Assembly: GCA_905178155.1 (NCBI GenBank)
Contig: CAJINV010000001.1
Span: forward strand, 5,002,747 to 5,066,746
From: Amoebophrya sp. A120
Lineage: Eukaryota; Protista; Dinoflagellata
Direction: 5' to 3'
DNA length: 64,000 nt
This document shows, piece by piece, positions 56,538 to 64,000 of the stretch (position 1 is its first letter; every line of letters begins with the position of its first letter). The notes beneath the pieces were generated by a model, which was given only the letters and a program-made list of their open reading frames with translations, had not been told where the DNA came from and did not search any database. The position numbers and the translations under genes were made by a program.

Positions 56538-59500
56538 TCATGACAAAACCTTTCCTGCTGGCCGCATTGCGGCTTCTTTGTTCTCTGTCTCTCTTTCTTC
56601 CCGAATAAGTCTCTTTGCACGCCAGATCGCAACGGACCCTACTAATTCCGCGTGCAGCAAATGCATGTGGTGATTCCCGATGCTGGCGTCCACATGGGTC
56701 AGCCAACGCAGGTTGAGCAGCTTTCGAGTGTATTTCTCCACCGTGACCACCGTTGCGTCAGCCGTGAGAGGTTCGATCTGGGAGTAATGGGAAAAGAACA
56801 CCGCCGGAACGTCCGTGCAGACTTCCCAATTGTATGCAATGAGTTCCTCTGTCGGTACGGTTGTGGTATGTTTACGTTCATCAAGGTCTCCTGCAGCTTT
56901 ACTAGATTGCTCGAAAAAATTCTCCCCAGCAAAAATCCTCGCCATCAACGGATTGCACCAATCTAGGGTTTTGGAAAACGGTAAGGGAACGGAGGAAATT
57001 TTGATCAGGGGAATGCAGCCCGACACGATGGACTCTGCGAACCTTGTCGTGAAGAGGCCGGACCCCGGAACCACGAGGCAAAACTTCGAGGTGTGCATGT
57101 AGTTGTTGAACTGGTTGGAAATGCGGTCTCGCCGAGTCGTATTGAAGTACCTTTCCTCGCTGATTAAGTCCTCCGGCAACAGATGGTCCGACGACGCGAG
57201 ATGATGCAGAAATAAATCATCCGCGCTAGAAGTACTCTTAGTTGGAGCACCGGTCGTGATGTTTGGGTTTGCGACAGGTCCTCCGCCAGCCTCGATGTTG
57301 TTCCTGAACTTCTTCAAAAACAGATACAGAAACAATTCCTGTCTCCGAACGCTGTTGCATCCGCCCGCGAAGAAAACCGCACGCTCGCGGCGGTGATACT
57401 CGGTCGCGGCTGAGTACACAGTGTAAAACTTCTTGCTATCGCTTTTTTTGTTTTTCTGCCCATTTGTTCCATAATTTTTCCTCAAGTCCAGCCTTCCGCT
57501 GACATAATCCCACCACGCGGGCGTATCGCCCTCCTCCCACAGGAAGCCCCACTCGTTCTCGTACTGGTTTCGGAAGATTCTCGTCCAGGGATTGCGCACG
57601 TAGTCGCGGCTGCCGACGTTTGCCAGACTTATCATCGGTGGAATGATCACGTCCTGAGCAAACATCCGCGCAGCCGTGGCGGGCCCACGGAGCGCGTCTT
57701 TGCTGTTGAACAAAAGGTGGTGCTGAAGTTTTTGTTTTTCTTTTTGGTTGTGGTTCGCTGCATTCGCTTCCTGCCTAATAAAGCTGTCGTCTTCCGACCC
57801 GATCAGTTGCCTCCACCAGTCGGCTAACCGGTACAGCTGATTCATGTACATGCTGTAGAGGACCGTCCTCGCTCCTCCCGAGGAACGGTCGCCGATTGCA
57901 GAAAACATCTTCCCCAAGTGAAGCGTCCAAGTCGTGATTTCATTTTCCTTCGTCCCAACATCTCCAGAAATAGACAGGTTTTTGTTGCTGCTGGTGCTGG
58001 GTGGATCAAGATCATCTTCTTCGTAAGTTTGTTGTTGTTGATCGTTCGGGTTGTAGTTCTTTTCACCACCCACCAGAAGATCGCGCTCTTCACTCTTTCC
58101 CCTTCGACTTCGCTTGCCTTGCCAAAAGAGCTCCTCCTGTTCCAACTCCTGAGTCATCAAAAGTATTGGCGGTTGCTTCAAATGTACGTTGGTTACCGTT
58201 GCGGGGATTTCTTCACCAAACAAAATTGCCGCTCCTCGCGGAGATGAAACATTAGGCTCCGCGGTCCTCGCTGCGGTCGTGGTGTGGTCTACTTCGACTT
58301 TATAATTTGAATCCGATTTTTCCGTGCTGCTGGCCGCGTTCCCGGACATCCACACTAGCGCTCGACGGTTCCTGTCCGAAGCCTCCTGCTGTACGTATGC
58401 TGCGAACTGGCGCCAGCTGCCGAAAATACTAGTATAATGAGGACCCTTCTGTGGTTTGTCTCTGTCTTTGTCCTCCTCCTCCTCCTCCTCCCGCTTCTGA
58501 GTCGATTGCATAATTCCAATCGCAAGCGTCCCACTTGGCCACCGCTGAACCCAGGCAAGGTGCGGGGACAATTCTCCGAATGCTGTCCTTGTGTAGAAAT
58601 TCTGCCGGATCTTCGCTACCAGCGCATCGAGGAGCTCAAGAGGACGTGTTGTCCCCGTTGTAGTATCCAAGAACTTTCTGTCGCCACGCCTGCTCGCATC
58701 TACTTCCCCCGCTGCAGGCACTTCCACGTGTCCGATTTTTTTGAAGGGAATACAGCCATCTCTGCGAAGTTCGACCAGCAGACACTTGTGGTTCTCGACG
58801 GCCGTCCCAATGCAGTCGCTCTGACAGACAGATAGTGCGCTTGCCACACCCTCGTCTGTGGGGCGGTTCAACTTTAGTCCCGATGACATCGTCGACGGCG
58901 TGGAAAAACTATACCGTGTCTCATTCACCGCAGCTTGGAAAATAGCGATGCGCTTGACGGGAATTGTTGCTTTCTTGTCTACTGCTCCGGTGTGGTTGGA
59001 GCCGAACTCTAGTACTTCTTTCTCAGGTACTTTGTAGACAAACTCTCCCCAGCGAACGTGCTGCGCTGCAACAGGCGGCACAAAACAAAATGTAGGGGGC
59101 CGGGGCTCGCGCTCGTCCTCGCCATCATTATCAATTCTCTCAGATGCTGTTCTTGTCAGCAGTGTCGAGCCTGCTTGATAATGCACCTGCTTTGAGGAAG
59201 ATTCTATTGTGTTCGCGATTTCATTGCCAACTTGTTCATCTTCCGGGCCCTGCTTGGTGCTCCCAAGATCACGACGCTCCTCGCTCCGTGCAGGCTTCCT
59301 CGTGCCGTCGTCTCCTGCTCTACTCGGAGCGAAAAACTCGCGCAGGTACTTTGTCGCCGCCGAGTCTTTCTGTCGGAGCTGCTGCGACGTCGAGTCAGTG
59401 TGGTTCCAAGCCACGCGCAACGCGGCCTGCTGCACTTCCTTCGGATCCACCCCGCCCCACTCGGCAGCGGTCAAGCCCATGTGGCCCATCAGAATCCAAT

Positions 59501-61517
59501 CCTTGGTCACTTCCAAAACTTCCGGATCGCCCCACAACCAGTCCGCGCGACCGTTCTCCCGCGGAGACGCGATGATTTTTGGCTTGTTTGCGTACTTTGT
59601 GTGTGTGTTCAACACATGCGCCATTTCTAAGAGCGTCGCTTTCTGCATCCGTCGCATCACCTGGGACTGCTGCAGTGCATCCTGACAGACACGAATCCGC
59701 TTCTCCGGAGCGAGTTCTGGCCATAGAACGCCCAGGCCGTTTCCTTTGTAGTGATCGTCTTTCCGGCCAAATAGGAATGGTAGCTCCGCTTTTATTTTTT
59801 GTTTACCAGCACCAAGTAAGTGAGAACTAGTAGTAGAACTGCGCCGACAAGTGCCGTGCTGTTTCTCACAGTTCTTCTGCAGCTCCAATGAGTTGCTTTT
59901 GTTCCCGCCGAAGACATCGAGTACCTCTTTGCGCGAGCTGGTCCTTGCAGAACCGTTGAAATTTAGATACACATCCTCCAACACCGCGCGAAATATTTTC
60001 CGTCGCCTGGGCGTGAGCCAATTCAGCGTCGTACTACCGCAAATGTCATCAATCGCCAAGTTCCAGCACTGCAGAACCCAAATAGCGTCTGCCCTTTGGA
60101 TATCGCGTACGGCGTAGATCGGTGCGCGGGGAGGCCTGATGCGCTGCTTCGGAGCGTTGGACGCAGATCTTCGTGCAGTAGACACCTGTTCATCTTCTGA
60201 GACAGGAGGTCGTTCGCCGTATCCATATCCAGATCTTGCTGGGTTGTCAACTAGCGCCATGTTGTCCGATAATAGCAGCACCCGATCTTGCGCCTCAGCC
60301 TCGTCCGCGGGCAGGATCGGAACCTCAGCCCCACTCACACTAGCGCGCATCAATCGGGCACCGTGCGACGTGTAGTTTCCAAGTGGAACCTTCTGGAGAG
60401 CCTTTTCCTCAACATCACGAGGCACCTCCGATAGTTTATTTGCCTCTTCCGACGTTGCCGGCGACATGCCTTCTGTTTGCCGCAGTCCTGACTCGAAGGC
60501 TTCATTCTTCGTTCGATCTCGAGAGGCCACATGCATCCATGCCTCTTGAATTTTGTCCAGTAGTTTGCCCTCTGTGAGTGCGCCGGCGGGGGTTCGTCGC
60601 CGTGGTGATGAGGAATGCTTAGCCGGTGGCACGCCGATGGTGCTGCCCGGCGATGCAAGCTGTTCTTCCTGTTCCTCACGTAGCTCATGATCTTGCCGCA
60701 CATGGCTCCGCAGCAGCGCGTCCCTTTCGTCATCCAGGACGGTCGTGAGGATGGACTGCGTCCTGTTCACAACAAACCAGTATACGCTCTCGATCGCGTG
60801 GTACCACCCGCCGGTCGGGGGGCACATCTCGTGGCCGGAAAACACGCCTGGGTGCGCGTACATGAAGACGCGCAGGTAGTCAAGTTTCTTGTGATAGAAA
60901 CGCCGAGCAGCCCGCGGCTGTGACATCCAAGACGCATTGGCATCTTCCGGCGCTGCTCCTTCTCGCTCTGCATTTCCATTTCCATTTTTCTTGCGACGAG
61001 AAGAAACCGTGTGTAAGTCTTCTTGTCTCTTCTGATACTGGTCTCCATGGTGTAGCAAGGCAGCTGGCGACGCTCCGTATTCATAGGCCTTCGGCAACCA
61101 GCGGAAGCTCGATGCCTTCGTCTTCCAATATTCTACAATGCCCTTTTCTGCTGCACAGAGTATGTGGCAAAGGTGAAGGAGCCGCAGCAAAAACAAAAGA
61201 ATCCTGTTGCTCCACCACAAACACGAAAAGCGCCGGCGACATCGGTCACACAAGAACAGAGGAAGATCATAATGTTTAGAACGAAGTAGCATTAAAGAGC
61301 TAGAGGAGTCATCAAGCGGGATAAAGGCAACCGGAACAGGGGCTACTTCGCGTCTTCTATCTTGTTGATATTTTCCGGATATGGCTGTGGTTCTGAGGGA
61401 TAAAACTACTGAAATACGCCGATAATTTGATATAGCGCACGGTGCGGATCCGATCGCTTGCTTGCAAGAGTTGATCTTGATTGCCGCATCTTGTCGACCC
61501 AAAATCATGGAACACAA
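56538..61517 (-). CDS. Exostosin-family (GT47) glycosyltransferase-like protein; true start may be near 61292
   Basis: C-terminal DVIIPP, RRERAVFFAG, RRQEL, MHTSKFCLVVPGSGLFTTRFAESIVSGCIPL...PLPFSKTLDW. Hydrophobic N-terminal segment. Confidence 0.8.
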   Translation of the reverse strand: MCSMILGRQDAAIKINSCKQAIGSAPCAISNYRRISVVLSLRTTAISGKYQQDRRREVAPVPVAFIPLDDSSSSLMLLRSKHYDLPLFLCDRCRRRFSCLWWSNRILLFLLRLLHLCHILCAAEKGIVEYWKTKASSFRWLPKAYEYGASPAALLHHGDQYQKRQEDLHTVSSRRKKNGNGNAEREGAAPEDANASWMSQPRAARRFYHKKLDYLRVFMYAHPGVFSGHEMCPPTGGWYHAIESVYWFVVNRTQSILTTVLDDERDALLRSHVRQDHELREEQEEQLASPGSTIGVPPAKHSSSPRRRTPAGALTEGKLLDKIQEAWMHVASRDRTKNEAFESGLRQTEGMSPATSEEANKLSEVPRDVEEKALQKVPLGNYTSHGARLMRASVSGAEVPILPADEAEAQDRVLLLSDNMALVDNPARSGYGYGERPPVSEDEQVSTARRSASNAPKQRIRPPRAPIYAVRDIQRADAIWVLQCWNLAIDDICGSTTLNWLTPRRRKIFRAVLEDVYLNFNGSARTSSRKEVLDVFGGNKSNSLELQKNCEKQHGTCRRSSTTSSHLLGAGKQKIKAELPFLFGRKDDHYKGNGLGVLWPELAPEKRIRVCQDALQQSQVMRRMQKATLLEMAHVLNTHTKYANKPKIIASPRENGRADWLWGDPEVLEVTKDWILMGHMGLTAAEWGGVDPKEVQQAALRVAWNHTDSTSQQLRQKDSAATKYLREFFAPSRAGDDGTRKPARSEERRDLGSTKQGPEDEQVGNEIANTIESSSKQVHYQAGSTLLTRTASERIDNDGEDEREPRPPTFCFVPPVAAQHVRWGEFVYKVPEKEVLEFGSNHTGAVDKKATIPVKRIAIFQAAVNETRYSFSTPSTMSSGLKLNRPTDEGVASALSVCQSDCIGTAVENHKCLLVELRRDGCIPFKKIGHVEVPAAGEVDASRRGDRKFLDTTTGTTRPLELLDALVAKIRQNFYTRTAFGELSPHLAWVQRWPSGTLAIGIMQSTQKREEEEEEDKDRDKPQKGPHYTSIFGSWRQFAAYVQQEASDRNRRALVWMSGNAASSTEKSDSNYKVEVDHTTTAARTAEPNVSSPRGAAILFGEEIPATVTNVHLKQPPILLMTQELEQEELFWQGKRSRRGKSEERDLLVGGEKNYNPNDQQQQTYEEDDLDPPSTSSNKNLSISGDVGTKENEITTWTLHLGKMFSAIGDRSSGGARTVLYSMYMNQLYRLADWWRQLIGSEDDSFIRQEANAANHNQKEKQKLQHHLLFNSKDALRGPATAARMFAQDVIIPPMISLANVGSRDYVRNPWTRIFRNQYENEWGFLWEEGDTPAWWDYVSGRLDLRKNYGTNGQKNKKSDSKKFYTVYSAATEYHRRERAVFFAGGCNSVRRQELFLYLFLKKFRNNIEAGGGPVANPNITTGAPTKSTSSADDLFLHHLASSDHLLPEDLISEERYFNTTRRDRISNQFNNYMHTSKFCLVVPGSGLFTTRFAESIVSGCIPLIKISSVPLPFSKTLDWCNPLMARIFAGENFFEQSSKAAGDLDERKHTTTVPTEELIAYNWEVCTDVPAVFFSHYSQIEPLTADATVVTVEKYTRKLLNLRWLTHVDASIGNHHMHLLHAELVGSVAIWRAKRLIREERETENKEAAMRPAGKVLS

Positions 61518-61989
61518 CGTTGACCAATTTCACCATGGACGCTCGCAAGCAAGAATACGAGAAGCGCTCCGAATTCGAAGTTTCTTACTTCTTCGAGCCC
61601 GAATTTGGGAGTTTTTTCTGTATTTATAGTCGTTGTCTTGAAATGGCAAAGATAATGAGAGGAACAAATCCTCTTGTGACCGATGCCGCCAAGCTGCCAG
61701 TTTGTATGCTTGGTAGCAAATGAACGGCAGCGCATACGTCTTTGTGTCTGGTGGGAACATCAACAGTGCTTGCATTCTCCGATTTTTTTAGATGGTATTA
61801 CATTCTTTCTCTTTCATCTCGGTCTGTGCGCCATCGCGACCGCCGCTTCGCATTACAGCAGTAGCTTACGTGTGTTTTTCAAAAAGTAAACGGTTGCACG
61901 CAGTAGAAGCCCCTCCAGAACAAACATCTTGTGTTCTTCGTCTATCAAAGTTTGCCCAGGATACTTCTATCTTTCCGAAAATGCATCTT

Positions 61990-64000
61990 CTACGCCCGGC
62001 TGTTGTGCTGTTCCCGACTCGGCGTCATTTGCGTTGGTGTGAACACGCCGCTTTTGTTCGACGCGTTGGTCTCTGCGCGCCGCGTGCCGAACACCGTGAC
62101 GGTCTCCGGCGTCCCGACGGAGATGCCCCGCTGCGCGCGCAAGTTCGACAACCGGGAACTGAAGCTGGAGTGGGCGCTGGCGGGGTTGTAGGCCTGCTGC
62201 GTGCGCATCTTGTCGATCTTCGTGTCGGTTTCCGACCGGATCTGATCCCGCGCGTCGGCGAGCATACGCTCAAAGTTCTTCTGCATCTCCGTCAGTTCCG
62301 CCTGGAAGGCGCCCTCGGTCTCGTCACGCTGGCGGTTCACGGATTCCAGGATGGTCTCCTGCTGCTCGTTCAGAAGTTCGTACACCCGGCTGGACTCCAT
62401 CTGGCTGCTGGTCGACATCACCGCCGGACTGCGGGCGCTGGTCTTTACCGCGTTCATCTCCGCCGTCAGTTTCGTACGTAAACTCTGGATCTTGTCGGTC
62501 GTCTGTTTTTTTTGTTTCAGGTTGATAAAAGATAAACGAAGTTCTTGTGGTGGTGCAGCTGGGAGTACTAGAACAGAAACTAGTAACAAACTTGCTACCC
62601 TAAACTACATATCGTTGAATTTCATTTGTTTTCCTCCTCGACAGAGATCTTCATGCAGGGCATGAAAACGATATTACGATATGCCCTATTTACCTGATTG
62701 TTCAGGGACCGCTCCAACTCCACCATTCTGGAGTCCACCTCGACCGCCGCGGTTTCGTGCTGCGTGGCGAGATTGTCGATCTTTTCCGCGAGGTACGAAA
62801 ACTGTTTGTTGTTGCCCTCCTCCGCTTTCTGCAGTCGCGTGGTCAGTGCCTCGATTTTCCGCACTGCGTCCCGAGCCTGCTGCTCCGCGAGAGCGGAACT
62901 GGAGGTGTGATCCATGGTCGGGGCGCGCGCGCTAGCGTCCTGCGCCATCGCCAGTGCCTGTTGAACGTTTTTTCGAAAAACGTGTACGTTGTAGAAGTTG
63001 AATGGATGTTACTATGCATCCATCTGAAGCAACTAAAAAAGAAGATCAAGATGACCAAAACAGAAACAGATAGAAAGAGAAACATTTTTTCAAGAACGGA
63101 AAAGAGCAAAAAAGTCCTTGTTACGTCTTCCACTTGTCTTCGCAGCCCGTCGATCTCCTGATTCACTGTCATTCGGAAAGCCGCCTGGGAATCGGCAGCT
63201 TCGCGTACTCGCTGGGAAAGTTGTCTGACCTCGGTGGAAGAAGCAGCGTTGACCGCCGGGGAGGGCGGCACTGCTGGGGACGATGTCAAGGGCAACTTGT
63301 GATGCGCTGCGGGCGACTGCTCCTCTCTTGCTGCCGGCGCAAAGACGCTGGTGGTCGCAGGTGCAGCGGGGGCTGCGGTTTGCCCGAAACCTCCGAAGAG
63401 ACTACCAGTACCCAAGGGTGTCGCGTTGGATCCAGAGACGGGTGCTCCACTGTTGTGAAAAATTTGAAATAGTTAAAGGGAGAATCACAAGATGAAGTAA
63501 AAGGAATTGCTGCAGAGGAGCGAGAAGTCACTTAAGAGCAATACGAACAAACCAAAAACAAAACCATCGCGGAGAACATTCTTCATGATGACATATGCTT
63601 GTTTCTGGCTCGTTTTTGCTTTTATTCCTTTTTCGAAACAAGAATTCTAAATGAATCAGAAAAGCGTGGTATGCAATACAAAGTGATGGGCGCAGCTGCT
63701 GTCGCACTGCTGGTTCCGGCTCCGAAAGCGAAGACTGACGCACTTGCGGCCGCGGCACCAAGAGCGCTTCCCGAACTGCTTCCTTGGTCTCCGCCGCTGG
63801 AGACGCCCAGTTTTGCCAGAGTCTCCTTTTTCTTCGCTTCTTGCTCCTTCTGGATCGCTGCCACGTCGACGCCCGGCTTGTAACTCTCGCAGGCACCGCA
63901 CTGGTTCACGTTCTGGTCCCACTTCAGCATGCAGGTGTCGCAGCTCCACTTGTCCTTGTCCTGCGGCTTCAACTGATTCAATGCCAACGGGGGCGTTGCG
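61990..64000 (-). CDS. RanBP2-type zinc finger and FG-motif protein with C-terminal coiled coil (nucleoporin-like), 5'-truncated by the window, multi-exon
   Basis: WSCDTCMLKWDQNVNQCGACESYKP; FAFGAG and SLFGGFGQ motifs; coiled-coil exons at ~63125-63415, 62690-62950 and 61990-62480. Confidence 0.65.

Overview
Eukaryotic genomic DNA, most likely a syndinean dinoflagellate of the Amoebophrya type. This is inferred from a perfect 22-nt dinoflagellate spliced leader, all credible genes lying on the minus strand, and abundant non-canonical introns built from terminal inverted repeats (TIRs) and 5-bp direct repeats (introners). Positions 1-14348 hold a large, apparently intact two-ORF non-LTR retrotransposon. 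Its ORF2 carries OTU protease, AP endonuclease, RT and RNase H domains. Its putative 5' end is exactly the spliced leader, and it appears to have inserted inside an introner, of which only one half is visible. The rest is a host gene cluster: low-complexity secreted-type protein(s), a trifunctional PabA-PabB-PabC folate-precursor enzyme interrupted by 4-5 TIR elements, a LOG2/MGRN1-like RING E3 ligase, a LINE relic, an ERI1-like exonuclease, an acylated coiled-coil protein, two tandem DUF285/BspA-repeat genes, a GT47 exostosin-family gene and a RanBP2-zinc-finger FG-type protein. Exon boundaries were deduced by eye and are approximate unless stated.
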